From positions 18,552 through 82,551 of the IMG/VR virus record IMGVR_UViG_3300032283_000554: a stretch of DNA of 64,000 bases. One strand, 5' to 3'. The translations under genes and the position numbers were made by a program. The notes beneath the pieces are model-generated. The model did no database searches. It was not told where the DNA came from and saw nothing but the letters and a program-made list of their open reading frames with translations. This stretch comes from a virus. Taxonomy: Duplodnaviria > Caudoviricetes. This document shows positions 19,867 through 29,701 of the stretch, in pieces. Positions within the stretch are counted from its first letter, which is position 1, and every line of letters starts with the position of its first letter.

Positions 19867-20583
19867 TCATTTCTTGTCTTTAGAGGTAAGATCAGTAATC
19901 TTTAACTTTAAAGACTTTATCTCGTGGCTGCCTAGGCTATTTCCTAAATAGTCTACTGCATCTCTATAAAAATTTGTAAATCCGCCCTTTTTAGTAATTT
20001 CGTCCCAAACTTTTTGTCTTTTTTCTCGTTCTTTTAAATCCATACCTTCAAAAACTTTGTCTTTAATTTCAAGCTCGACATTTTGATACTCTTTTAATGA
20101 TATTGGAATAAAAGTAGCAACTGGCATTCCAGCTGGAATTTTAATTATAGTATTTGGCCTTGTAATTCTCCAGGCAATAGGAATTGCTTCTTTTAAAACT
20201 GAAGTTGATATTACTGTTGTAAATGGGGTTGCTCCATCAACAAAAAAGTTAGGGGGAACGATTTGTAACATTGAAACGTTTTCAGGTGTATCAAAATAGA
20301 ATCCAGAATAAAAACTTATAGTAGCGTTTCCTCTTACTGTTGTGGGAACACCTACTGGGCCTGATAATATGGTTACATGATCTGGGGTTGTATCTGAAAT
20401 TCCATCCCAAATAAACTCAATATCATCTAAAAAAGAAATTGACCAGCCAACTGTATTTGCCAGAGAAACTGGAAAACATTTGTAGGCATGAGCATCTAAA
20501 GTATCATCCATCCAGTCTCTTTTGACTTTAGTCTGTTCAATTTTAGATCTAGTCTGGTTATTTTTATATACTGTTATTTTCAT
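19867..20583 (-). CDS. DUF6065-like protein
   Basis: KRDWMDDT...HAYKCFPVSLANTVGW...PPNFFVDG...WRITRPN...FYRDAVD. Confidence 0.65.
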   Translation of the reverse strand: MKITVYKNNQTRSKIEQTKVKRDWMDDTLDAHAYKCFPVSLANTVGWSISFLDDIEFIWDGISDTTPDHVTILSGPVGVPTTVRGNATISFYSGFYFDTPENVSMLQIVPPNFFVDGATPFTTVISTSVLKEAIPIAWRITRPNTIIKIPAGMPVATFIPISLKEYQNVELEIKDKVFEGMDLKEREKRQKVWDEITKKGGFTNFYRDAVDYLGNSLGSHEIKSLKLKITDLTSKDKK

Positions 20584-21274
20584 TTACTTCATTGTCCCAT
20601 TTTGGATCATACATGTCTGGAGTATGAAATTTTTTACTGTAGTCAAGCATTGTTACTATAGAGTATTTTGTTCCCTTGGTTACCGCTTTTGCTTGATGGG
20701 CATACATAAAATTAGATGGGAAAACATATAGATCTCCAGCCTTTGGTTTAATGTCTAGATTTTGAAGTCTAAAATAAAGCCCTCCATCATCATAATCATC
20801 GTTAACATATCCTACAAGAGAAACAACACAATTGTAAGAATACCCATGATCTTGATGCTCCATAAAATGCTGGCTTTCTCCATATTTAATAAAGTTAAAA
20901 GCTTCCCAATACTTAAGCTCCATAATATTGTGTGCTTTGCAATAATCTACAACTGCTGGATATTGAGCATCATATACATCTTGCCACAGAGCTTTTAGCT
21001 TTTCTGCATCTTCGCTTTTGTCTAAAGCAATATCACTTTTTTTAAACTTAATATCTACACAGTCTCTATAGTCTGGCATTAGTTGTTGATAGCCAACGTA
21101 TGCTGGCTGGAAAGTATATCTTTTTTCTTTAGTTCCAACTTGCCCAACTGCACCCTCAAGCCTATTAATTATATCAAGGTCTTTTTTTAAGACATCTCTG
21201 TATACAAATATTCCAGGGGCTAGCTCTTCTTTGCTGCTCCAAGTAGGTGCTGTGCTTTTAGTTTGTGTTGTCAT
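20564..21274 (-). CDS. 2OG-Fe(II) oxygenase (prolyl-4-hydroxylase-like)
   Basis: HQD...YVNDDYDDGGL...FPSNFMYAH...KYS. Confidence 0.88.
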   Translation of the reverse strand: MTTQTKSTAPTWSSKEELAPGIFVYRDVLKKDLDIINRLEGAVGQVGTKEKRYTFQPAYVGYQQLMPDYRDCVDIKFKKSDIALDKSEDAEKLKALWQDVYDAQYPAVVDYCKAHNIMELKYWEAFNFIKYGESQHFMEHQDHGYSYNCVVSLVGYVNDDYDDGGLYFRLQNLDIKPKAGDLYVFPSNFMYAHQAKAVTKGTKYSIVTMLDYSKKFHTPDMYDPKWDNEVNENNSI

Positions 21275-22068
21275 TTATAATCCCTCTTTGTCCAAACTTT
21301 TGATTTATATACTCCACCGTCAGGCTGACGATAAAAATTTGCATTTTCAACTAATCTGTCTTGCATTTCTTTTATTTTTAAATATTCAACATCGTGATCC
21401 CAATCTTCTCTTTTAAATGGAAGAATCTGTAAGAATGGTGTTCCTTTTGGAATAGTGCCTTCCCAGTCTTTTGCAATAAAAAAAGGAAATGTTCCAAGTA
21501 AGTGAACTTTATCGTTGTCAACAACACCACTTGTATTTAAAAATGGTAAATCAAATCTATTCATTGGTGTCATAAATAATGCACTATAGCCTTCTGGAAC
21601 TTGAATTCCCCATTCTGGGTACCATGCAAAATGATCTTCGTAATATCCTATAGGCGATGGGAATTGTTCCATAGGAGTTCTTTCTGTTACAAAACTAATA
21701 TGCTTTTTGTCTTTTACTTCTACAGAAATCTTTCCATTTTTATTTTTTGAAAATACTAAATCGCATGGAGTGCTTAAAACATATCCAGTCATAAATGCAT
21801 CTAATATTGCTGGGCAGGCTTTCCATGTAGGAATCTTGCCAAAATCTTTTGGGTCCCCCTCTTTTGAAACAGGACATACCTCTTTTGTGGCCTTATAGTA
21901 TTCACCATTTGGCATCTTTGCAAATCTATCAGCCTCTTTATACCATGCAGGTATGCTTTGCTGTGTTGGTTTTGGCACTGATGGGCTAAACTTGTTTAGC
22001 CATGGCCTAAACGATTGAAATAATATTTTAATATTTTTTCCCGTTCTCTTTGTCATGATAAAGATCAT
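21271..22068 (-). CDS. DUF6065-related protein
   Basis: IPAWYK...[16 protein letters not shown]...[16 protein letters not shown]...[18 protein letters not shown]. Confidence 0.55.
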   Translation of the reverse strand: MIFIMTKRTGKNIKILFQSFRPWLNKFSPSVPKPTQQSIPAWYKEADRFAKMPNGEYYKATKEVCPVSKEGDPKDFGKIPTWKACPAILDAFMTGYVLSTPCDLVFSKNKNGKISVEVKDKKHISFVTERTPMEQFPSPIGYYEDHFAWYPEWGIQVPEGYSALFMTPMNRFDLPFLNTSGVVDNDKVHLLGTFPFFIAKDWEGTIPKGTPFLQILPFKREDWDHDVEYLKIKEMQDRLVENANFYRQPDGGVYKSKVWTKRDYK

Positions 22069-22735
22069 TGTAGTCCATCATAATAACAACAGAGTACTTT
22101 GTTCCCGACTCTATATTTAAAGATGCATGCTCATAAACAAAATTAGAAGGGAAAAGAATTATGTCTCCTGCTTTTGGTTTTAAAACAAGGTCGTGTCTTG
22201 GAAATTCAATCTCTCCGCCCTCGTAGTCATCATTTAGATAAACAACTGCAGAAACTGTACATGTGTAATATGGACCATGATCAGCATGAATTTTAAAAAA
22301 TTCTCCTGGTAGATATTTAACAAAGTTAAATGCTTCTTTGTAATTAATGTTAAAATTCCAAACGGACTCATAATGTCTTAGTGATTTATTTAATCCAACA
22401 TCAACAATATCATAGCATTCTCTTAAAACATCACTATCTGCAAGATAGTTACCAAGCTGATCTCTTTTAAACTTTAAATCATAACAATTTCTAGCATGAC
22501 TGGTTGGCTCGGCTTTAGCATTAACAGTTGCTCCGTGCCACTTTATTCCACGTTTATCCAAAGATATTTCTTCTTCAAGCATGTTGATTAATCTTTGGCA
22601 ATCTTCTTGACTAATTGCATTTCTATAAAGATTTATTCCATATTCAAGATTTTCAACAATCATGCCATTGTCAATTTCTTTTGGTTCAACTCTTGAAGTT
22701 GTTTTTTCAATTCGTGGCAGGTCATACCATTCCAT
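22028..22735 (-). CDS. 2OG-Fe(II) oxygenase (prolyl-4-hydroxylase-like)
   Basis: HAD...[11 protein letters not shown]...FPSNFVYEH...KYS. Confidence 0.88.
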   Translation of the reverse strand: MEWYDLPRIEKTTSRVEPKEIDNGMIVENLEYGINLYRNAISQEDCQRLINMLEEEISLDKRGIKWHGATVNAKAEPTSHARNCYDLKFKRDQLGNYLADSDVLRECYDIVDVGLNKSLRHYESVWNFNINYKEAFNFVKYLPGEFFKIHADHGPYYTCTVSAVVYLNDDYEGGEIEFPRHDLVLKPKAGDIILFPSNFVYEHASLNIESGTKYSVVIMMDYNDLYHDKENGKKY

Positions 22736-22797
22736 AGTATCTCATTTCTACTATAACATCTTATCATACTATTCTAGAAAAGAAAAGTATATTTTAT

Positions 22798-23778
22798 TTA
22801 GTATCCCCGAAAGTATGGGAAGTATGGTCCGCCGCCAAATGATGGGAAGAACGGTCCGAATCCTGGGAAGAACGGTGGGAAGAACGGTCCGAATCCTGGG
22901 AAGAACGGTGCCTTAAATCCTGGGAAGTATGGTCCGAATCCTGGGAAGAACGGTGGGAAGAATGGTGGGAAGAATGGGAAGAACGGTGGGAAGAACGGTG
23001 GGAAGAACGGTGGGAAGAACGGTGGGAAGAATGGGAAGAACGGTGGGAAGAATGGGAAGAACGGTGGGAAGAATGGTGGGAAGAATGGTGGGAAGAATGG
23101 TGGGAAGAATGGGAAGAACGGTGGGAAGAACGGGAAGAATGGTGGGAAGAAAGGCGGGAAGAACGGGAAGAACGGAGCTATAGTTGTAACGCTACCCGTT
23201 GCATTTGAAGCCAAAGACGTTCCATTTATGTTAGTAGCAGTTACAGAATATGTTTGAGATGTATTTGGTGTATCTGCAATTACTGCAGATGTTGCATTAG
23301 ATGCTAAGTTACCTGAAACTGATCCGTCTGTTCCAGTAACATTATGTCTTGTTATTGGAGAGTTGCCTGTTGCGCCAATTGTCCAATTTATGGTATTTTG
23401 ATTTACTCCAGCGGTTGCTGAAGCAGATTGTGGCGCTTGTGGAACTGTGCTTACTGTTACTGCTGCTGAAGTAAGCGAAACAAGAGACGTTCCAGCGGCA
23501 TTGGATGCTGTCATTGTAAATGTTGGATTTGCTACTGATGCAAAGCCCGTTACAATAATTGGAGATGATGATCCAGTTGCTGTTTGGCCAGTGCTAGCTG
23601 TTACTGTATAAGATGTTGCTGGTGGAGATGCTGCTGGCAAAGAAAAGGTGATGGTTACGGCTCCGTTGTTATAAGGTCGATCTGTTCCGACGTTTACAGC
23701 ACTATCAATTATTGGTTTGCTTGGCTCCAAAAAATTGTCTTGCGCCGAAGATTTTCTACCTATTCTTTTGTTTGCCAT
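22798..23778 (-). CDS. Fibronectin type III-domain protein with C-terminal (P)PFF repeat tail
   Basis: Two FN3-like repeats (SYTVTAS...FTMTASNAAGTS; INWT...YSVTATNINGTS), then PFFPFFPPFFPPFF...PYFPYFRGY. Confidence 0.85.
   Translation of the reverse strand: MANKRIGRKSSAQDNFLEPSKPIIDSAVNVGTDRPYNNGAVTITFSLPAASPPATSYTVTASTGQTATGSSSPIIVTGFASVANPTFTMTASNAAGTSLVSLTSAAVTVSTVPQAPQSASATAGVNQNTINWTIGATGNSPITRHNVTGTDGSVSGNLASNATSAVIADTPNTSQTYSVTATNINGTSLASNATGSVTTIAPFFPFFPPFFPPFFPFFPPFFPFFPPFFPPFFPPFFPPFFPFFPPFFPFFPPFFPPFFPPFFPPFFPFFPPFFPPFFPGFGPYFPGFKAPFFPGFGPFFPPFFPGFGPFFPSFGGGPYFPYFRGY
22815..23176 (-). repeat. Tandem 9/12-nt coding repeat (ccrttcttc / ccaccrttcttc) encoding PFF/PPFF
   Basis: Plus strand shows runs of gggaagaacggt / gggaagaatggt / gggaagaat. 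Confidence 0.95.
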
Positions 23779-23807
23779 TTATTTAACCCCTGTCTTTGAT
23801 TTTTTCA

Positions 23808-26597
23808 TTACGCTGTTAGATCTCCAGCTAGTAACCAAGTATTTGTTGCTACCTTGGTAAGAGTTGCTGATGAGTATGTAGTTCTTAATGTTAATCCTGG
23901 TGTACGAAGAATTGTAACTGTACCATCTGCCGCTACAAAGTTTGCGCCAGTTCCTGATGCTTGATAGAAATCAATTGATGTACCAATTGGGAAGGCTGTT
24001 GTTGCATTTGTTGGTATTGTAATTGCCCGTGTACCTGCAATTGGGATAAGTTGATCTCTTAGGGCAAGGCCACCTGTTGATAGGTTATATGCTGCTGAGA
24101 TTTCAGTTCCAATTGTTGTAAGTGATGGGACACCAGCCTTTGTCTGTGTTCCGTCTGTAAACGCTACACCTGCGGCTGCAACTGTTACTGTACCTGTAAA
24201 TGTTGGAGAAGCAAGTGGGGCCTTTAGACCAAGGTTTGTTGTTACTGTTGATGCAAAGTTTGCATCGTCACCAAGTGCTGCAGCAAGTTCATCAAGTGTG
24301 TTAAGAGCAGCTGGTGCGCCTGTTAGTAGTGCATTAACTTGTGATGTTGCATCTGCAATTGCTTCTGCTTTAGCGGTTGCAATTGCTGAAGCCTGTGCTG
24401 TAGATACTGGCTTTGCTGTATCAGCTGTATTATCAGCGGATCCTAGGCCAACCATTGTCTTTGTGATACCAGATACTGTACCAGTAAATGTTGGCGATGC
24501 TAGTGGTGCCAGTAATCCAAGGGCTGTGTCAAGTCCTGAAATCTTAGATGTTGCAATTGCTGCTGATGGATTTATATCAGCATTTACAATTGTGTCTGGT
24601 GCAATCTTTCCAGTTGTTACTGCATCATTTGCAATTTTTCCTTCAGTTATTGATGAATCTGCAATTTTTCCAGTTGTTATTGCTAAATCTGCAACATCTG
24701 CTGTTGCAACCGCTCCATCAGCAATCATTCCAGATGTAACTGTTCCTGCTGGAAGTGTTACTGTGCCAGTAAATGTTGGAGAAGCTAGTGGTGCTTTAAG
24801 ATCAATCTGTGTTTGAATGTTTGAGCTTGCTCCATTAAGAAGATCTAGCTCAACTGATGAAATATTTCCAATGCTTGTTGTTGCAGGAAGAGATACTGTT
24901 CCTGTAAATGTTGGTGAAGCAAGTGGGGCGTATGTAGTTGCTGCTGTTGCTGAAGCCAACTTAGCATCAATCTGAGTCTGTACGTTTGCTGTAACTCCGT
25001 TAAGAAGCTCTAGCTCTTCTGCTGAGATATTACCAATGCTTGTTGTTGCAGGAAGAGAGACTGTTCCAGTAAATGTTGGTGCTGCAAGTGGGGCGTATGT
25101 AGTTGCTGCTGTTGCTGAAGCCAACTTAGCATCAATCTGAGTCTGTACGTTTGCTGTAACTCCGTTAAGAAGCTCTAGCTCAGTTGATGAAACCAAGCCT
25201 ATGCTTGTTGTTGAAGGCAAAGATACTGTTCCAGTAAATGTTGGTGAAGCAGCGGGTGCCTTAGCATCAATCTGAGTCTGTACGTTTGCTGTAACTCCGT
25301 TAAGAAGCTCTAGCTCAGTCGCTGAAACCAAACCAATGCTTGTTGTTGCAGGAAGAGAAAATGTTCCAGTAAATGTTGGGGTATCAATTGTTGGAGCATT
25401 AATTGTTTTATTAGTTAATGTTTGAGTTTCAGATGTTCCAACAACTACTCCTGGAAGGGCTTTTCCTAAAACTGTGTTTACTGTTAAAACGTCAATATTG
25501 TTTATCTTAACAGCTTTATCTCCAGGAATATTAATATTTTCTGAAATATCCCATGCTGATTTTGCAAGGCTATACTTGATTGATTTATCAGTTGTTCCCT
25601 TTAGAATTATTCCGCCTTGATCTGCAGCGGCATCAGTTGGTGTTGCTGTTTGTCCTAAAACAATATCTTTATCTTGAACTGTAAGTGTGGTTGAGTTAAT
25701 TGTTGATGTTGATCCATTTACTGTCAAGTTTCCAGAAAGTGTTAGGTTAACTGCAGTAGCGTCTCCAGTAAGTGCTGGTGACTGTAAAGGAGCCTTTAAA
25801 TCTAATGCTGATAATGCTGCAAGTGAGACTGGCTTGTTTGCATCTGAAGTATTATCAACATTAGACAAACCAACGTCTGACTTAATAATTCCAGTTGGGG
25901 TATTTATTGCTGGAGATGTAAGAGTCTTATTTGTAAGAGTTTGTGTTCCTGTTGTAGTCGCAAGTATGCTTGTGTCAGCAATGCCATGTACTGCTGTTGT
26001 GTCAGATTCGTGAGTTGAAAGTGCTGTTCCTGCTGCAGATGCTGCTGCAGAAATTGCTTCTGACTTAGCGGTTGCTACGTTTGCTGTAGTTGCTAAAAGT
26101 GAAGTGTCTGCAATACCATGTACTGATGTTGTGTCAGCCTCGTGTGTTGCTATTGCTGCTGATATTGCAGCTGTGGCTGATATTTCCCGCCAGTTGCCAT
26201 TTGTGCTTGCAGGGGAAGAGGCAAGTACATATGTTGTGCCGTTGTCTGCTTGAATTGCAATATCGCCAGGCTCTGCCGTTAAAGCTAAACGTGCAGCTTG
26301 GTTTGCTGCTGAAGAAACTGTGACTTTTGCTAATGGTGGCAGCTGAGCAGAAGGAATAAATCCTGATGAGTCCAATGAAGCAACACCATTTGCAACACCT
26401 TTTGTACTTAGAAGAATATAATCGTCTACTGTTTGTGAGAGAGCATAACTTAGTGAGTTCCAAGCAGTGCTTCCATCTCCAAATTTAAATGTATTAGTAT
26501 CTGTTTCAATACCAATTTCTCCAGCTGCTAGGATTGGATTTGCTGAATCCCATTGAGCTTCTGTGCCTCTTCTTAACTGTAATCTTACTGTTGCCAT
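23808..26597 (-). CDS. Long tail fibre/adhesin with Mtd-N-like N-terminus and internal repeats
   Basis: LQLRRGTEAQW...LAAGEIGIETDT..FKFGDG; repeated APLASPTFTG; APAALNTLDELAAALGDDANF. Confidence 0.8.
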   Translation of the reverse strand: MATVRLQLRRGTEAQWDSANPILAAGEIGIETDTNTFKFGDGSTAWNSLSYALSQTVDDYILLSTKGVANGVASLDSSGFIPSAQLPPLAKVTVSSAANQAARLALTAEPGDIAIQADNGTTYVLASSPASTNGNWREISATAAISAAIATHEADTTSVHGIADTSLLATTANVATAKSEAISAAASAAGTALSTHESDTTAVHGIADTSILATTTGTQTLTNKTLTSPAINTPTGIIKSDVGLSNVDNTSDANKPVSLAALSALDLKAPLQSPALTGDATAVNLTLSGNLTVNGSTSTINSTTLTVQDKDIVLGQTATPTDAAADQGGIILKGTTDKSIKYSLAKSAWDISENINIPGDKAVKINNIDVLTVNTVLGKALPGVVVGTSETQTLTNKTINAPTIDTPTFTGTFSLPATTSIGLVSATELELLNGVTANVQTQIDAKAPAASPTFTGTVSLPSTTSIGLVSSTELELLNGVTANVQTQIDAKLASATAATTYAPLAAPTFTGTVSLPATTSIGNISAEELELLNGVTANVQTQIDAKLASATAATTYAPLASPTFTGTVSLPATTSIGNISSVELDLLNGASSNIQTQIDLKAPLASPTFTGTVTLPAGTVTSGMIADGAVATADVADLAITTGKIADSSITEGKIANDAVTTGKIAPDTIVNADINPSAAIATSKISGLDTALGLLAPLASPTFTGTVSGITKTMVGLGSADNTADTAKPVSTAQASAIATAKAEAIADATSQVNALLTGAPAALNTLDELAAALGDDANFASTVTTNLGLKAPLASPTFTGTVTVAAAGVAFTDGTQTKAGVPSLTTIGTEISAAYNLSTGGLALRDQLIPIAGTRAITIPTNATTAFPIGTSIDFYQASGTGANFVAADGTVTILRTPGLTLRTTYSSATLTKVATNTWLLAGDLTA
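24890..25375 (-). repeat. Near-identical tandem repeats within the fibre gene (ELLNGVTANVQTQIDAK units)
   Basis: ttagcatcaatctgagtctgtacgtttgctgtaactccgttaagaagctctagctc occurs three times (about 24961, 25126, 25261). Confidence 0.9.
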
Positions 26598-26650
26598 TTT
26601 GTTACCCCTTATATATTTTATTTATACTGCTTATTGTATCATTTATTGCT

Positions 26651-27016
26651 TTAAGATATGACTCCAGAGTCAAAAACCATAGAAACATCGGCATCTGTAG
26701 AAGATGGAGATCCACCATCTACAAATTTGCTTGTTCCTTCAGGGGTAACTCCGTTTGCCTGTACTGTATATATTGGCTGTCCGTTATAATCAATGGCTAA
26801 ACCAATATCCATAAAACTAATCTGTGAAGCTATATCTGGAATCTCTGAATTAAGTGCAATTGGTACCCAAGTGCCATTTAATTGAAGCTGTAGCTTATTT
26901 GTTGCTGTATCAAATCTAAGGGGTGTTGTTCCTAAAACGACGTTAGACCCAAATGTGGCAGTACCTGCTACATTGAGTCCATTCTTTACTTTAAAATTCT
27001 TATTATCTGTTGCCAT
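26651..27016 (-). CDS. Fibre-associated small virion protein
   Basis: KNFKVKNGL N-terminus shared with 27086..28747; C-terminal VDGG/FDSG motifs. Confidence 0.55.
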   Translation of the reverse strand: MATDNKNFKVKNGLNVAGTATFGSNVVLGTTPLRFDTATNKLQLQLNGTWVPIALNSEIPDIASQISFMDIGLAIDYNGQPIYTVQANGVTPEGTSKFVDGGSPSSTDADVSMVFDSGVIS

Positions 27017-27085
27017 TTAAGTTCACATATCCCCTAAGTGTTTTGGTGGGGTTTTTAAAAGGAACCCCATAACCTCGTTATTTAA

Positions 27086-28747
27086 TTATTTAATTAATGT
27101 TCCAACAACGACAACTTCAGTGTTAGCGTTTGCTGGTGTTACTCTAACTCTTACATCTGTTCCAGAATAATCTGCTGTTACTGCAGCCAATTCTGTTCCG
27201 TTTGAATATGTAATGCCATATTCAGAAACTGCTACGTTATTTGCAGTATCAAGTGTTACTACTAGGTCTGAAACCTGAGTGTGAACACCATTCTTTACCT
27301 TAACAACAAGCTTAGCGCTTCTGTAGTCTGTTGCGGTCCACGCAATAGCTGTTGTTTCTGCTGCTACTGCAATATTTCCAGTTGTTGCTGCAACTTGCTT
27401 AGCAACAGAGTTGTAATTAATTGCTGTGAATGCTGTAGTTCCATTTTGCTGTGCTGTGTTTGCTGCTGCTGCTGTTGCTTCTGCTGCTGCTTGAGCTGCG
27501 TTAGCCTTAGTTGTGGCATCTGATGCTGCTGCTGAGATAGCGGCTGCTTGTGCTGCGTTAGCCTTAGTTGTGGCATCTGATGCTGCTGCTGAGATAGCGG
27601 CTGCTTGTGCTGCGTTAGCCTTAGTTGTGGCATCTGCTGCTGCAGTTGATACTGAAGCTGCATCGCCTGATACTCTAAGTGCGGCTTCTGCTGCTACTTT
27701 GGCAGTTGCGTCTGATGCTGCTGCTGCTTCTGCTGCGTCTGCCTCTGCCTTAGCAAATGCTGTGGTTGCAATCTGAGTTGTATTAGTATCTGCTGCTGCA
27801 GTAGGTGCTGTAGGTGTACCAGTAAGTGCTGGTGAAGCAAGTGGAGCTTTTGCTGCCAAAGCAGTTGTCATTGTTGTTGCATAGTTATGATCATCATTGA
27901 TTGCTGCGGCTAATTCATTTAATGTGTCGAGAAGCTCTGGCGCACCAGTTGTTAGTACGCTTACTGCTGAAGAAATTGCTGTATTTCGGTCTGAAACCTC
28001 TGTTGCAATTGCTGTTGAAATTGCTGATGCTGAAGCTGAAGCTGCTGCTGCAATTGCTTCTGTTTTAGCTGTTGCTACATTTGCTGTAGTTGCTAGAAGA
28101 GAAGTATCTGCAATACCATGAATATTTGTTGTATCTGATTCGTGATTTGAAAGTGCTGTTGCTGCTGCTGAGATAGCTGCTGCTTGTGCTGCGTTAGCCT
28201 TAGTTGTGGCATCTGATGCTGCTGCTGAGATAGCGGCTGCTTGTGCTGCATTAGCCTTAGTTGTGGCATCTGCTGCTGCAGTTGATACTGAAGCTGCGTC
28301 GCCTGATACTCTAAGTGCTGCTTCTGCTGCTACCTTTGATGTAGCATCTGATGCTGCTGCTGCAATTGCTGCTGATTGTGCTCCTGCTGCTGAGCCTGCT
28401 GCATCGTAGGCTGCTGCTGTTGCTGAAAGTGCACGAGCATTTGTAAAGTAAAGGTTTGCGCCTTCTGCAAGGTCGTCTGTGTCATGATTTGAAAGACTTG
28501 AAACGGTACCTGTTACGTTACCAACAAATGTTGCAGTAATTGTTCCTGCAGCAAAGTTTCCATTGGCGTCACGCTTTACAACCTTATTAGCTTCGTTAGC
28601 TGAAGTTGCTGTACCACCAATAAGACCAACAATATAGTCTTGGTCTGCTTGAGCCTTGGTTAATACACCAAAGCCGTTAACGGTAGCGGTGCCACCTTCA
28701 ACGATAAGCCCATTTTTAATTCTAAAGTTTTTATTTACTGTTGCCAT
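27086..28747 (-). CDS. Ala-rich coiled-coil fibre protein
   Basis: AAASDATTKANAAQA repeats; APELLDTLNELAAAI; C-terminal YRSAKLVV beta domain. Confidence 0.75.
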   Translation of the reverse strand: MATVNKNFRIKNGLIVEGGTATVNGFGVLTKAQADQDYIVGLIGGTATSANEANKVVKRDANGNFAAGTITATFVGNVTGTVSSLSNHDTDDLAEGANLYFTNARALSATAAAYDAAGSAAGAQSAAIAAAASDATSKVAAEAALRVSGDAASVSTAAADATTKANAAQAAAISAAASDATTKANAAQAAAISAAATALSNHESDTTNIHGIADTSLLATTANVATAKTEAIAAAASASASAISTAIATEVSDRNTAISSAVSVLTTGAPELLDTLNELAAAINDDHNYATTMTTALAAKAPLASPALTGTPTAPTAAADTNTTQIATTAFAKAEADAAEAAAASDATAKVAAEAALRVSGDAASVSTAAADATTKANAAQAAAISAAASDATTKANAAQAAAISAAASDATTKANAAQAAAEATAAAANTAQQNGTTAFTAINYNSVAKQVAATTGNIAVAAETTAIAWTATDYRSAKLVVKVKNGVHTQVSDLVVTLDTANNVAVSEYGITYSNGTELAAVTADYSGTDVRVRVTPANANTEVVVVGTLIK

Positions 28748-28773
28748 TTATATGACTCCCTTTACTGCTTTTT

Positions 28774-29337
28774 TTATGCTTTTAATGCTGTTCTAAAATA
28801 TCTTACTTTTATTGATCCTGAAACAGGGGTTACACATAGACTTATTATACCGCTATTTTCTTCAAAAGTAACGGTAGCAAGCGATTGATCTGTGTTTGAC
28901 ACCATGTCTGATTCTGATATATAAACATCAGTTCCGTCGTTTAACAAAAGTATAGTTGATGTAGATGTTAGGTTGCCAACAGACTTGTGAATCTGCAGTG
29001 AGTACCTGGCTGTTTTGTATACTGTCTTTGAAAATGAATCTATAGCAGTTTTGTTTTCTATTCCGTCTATAGTTAGATCGTTGTTTCCATCTAAGCCTAA
29101 AAGCTCTGAAGCATTCTCTGCATCTAGAGTAGCCAAGCTTGTTTGAAGCTGGCTTACTTTATAGTCTATTGAGTTTACATCTGTTGATCCGTTTACGCCA
29201 AGCTTACTTTCAATTGCCTCAATTGCATCATTGACGTTACCATGCAGTGTTGCATGGCTTTCCATTGATTCAGTTGCGGCAGGATTAGTAAGGTTATCTT
29301 TTGATGTAGGGTAATTAGTCGCCAATTTGTCCTCCAT
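28774..29337 (-). CDS. Virion fibre/accessory protein
   Basis: ATNYPTSKD...HATLHGNVNDAIEAIESKLG; C-terminus resembles that of 27086..28747. Confidence 0.55.
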   Translation of the reverse strand: MEDKLATNYPTSKDNLTNPAATESMESHATLHGNVNDAIEAIESKLGVNGSTDVNSIDYKVSQLQTSLATLDAENASELLGLDGNNDLTIDGIENKTAIDSFSKTVYKTARYSLQIHKSVGNLTSTSTILLLNDGTDVYISESDMVSNTDQSLATVTFEENSGIISLCVTPVSGSIKVRYFRTALKA

Positions 29338-29692
29338 CCAACAATGTTAGTTCTGTATAGCTTGCATTTGTATACGATGATGTTGGAGTACCACCGTCTA
29401 TGCCAATTATAGCAGGATTTGTTTCTAAAACACCTGCATTATTGTTAATGTCTTCAGAAAAGTTTATTGTTTCTTGCAAGTTAACTGTGTGTACATTTCC
29501 ATCATAAGAATGTGTGTGCATGTAGAATGGAGCGGGATCGGTAGAGCCAGGAGTTAAGTCAACCCACACTGCACCGTTGTAAATTTTAATGTTTTTGCTT
29601 GTTACATTAAAGTATACATCTCCAGATGATCCCACAATGGGATCTTCTGCAAGTGTGAGTAGATTTAGTAATGACTTAAACTTTTTGGCCAT
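29315..29692 (-). CDS. Virion accessory protein
   Basis: GDVYFN...IYNGAVW; IDGG/LDGG motifs. Confidence 0.5.
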   Translation of the reverse strand: MAKKFKSLLNLLTLAEDPIVGSSGDVYFNVTSKNIKIYNGAVWVDLTPGSTDPAPFYMHTHSYDGNVHTVNLQETINFSEDINNNAGVLETNPAIIGIDGGTPTSSYTNASYTELTLLDGGQIGD

Positions 29693-29701
29693 TTGAAATC
29701 C

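Noticed and set aside
22815-23183. Short tandem repeats as a CRISPR array, and the plus-strand ORFs 22662..22916 and 22929..23183 (GRTVGRM repeats)
   Set aside because: No unique spacers. The repeat is the in-frame PFF coding tail on the minus strand, and the plus-strand ORFs are shadows of it.
23808-26597. Diversity-generating retroelement suggested by the Mtd-like N-terminus
   Set aside because: No reverse transcriptase, and no template/variable repeat pair differing at adenines.
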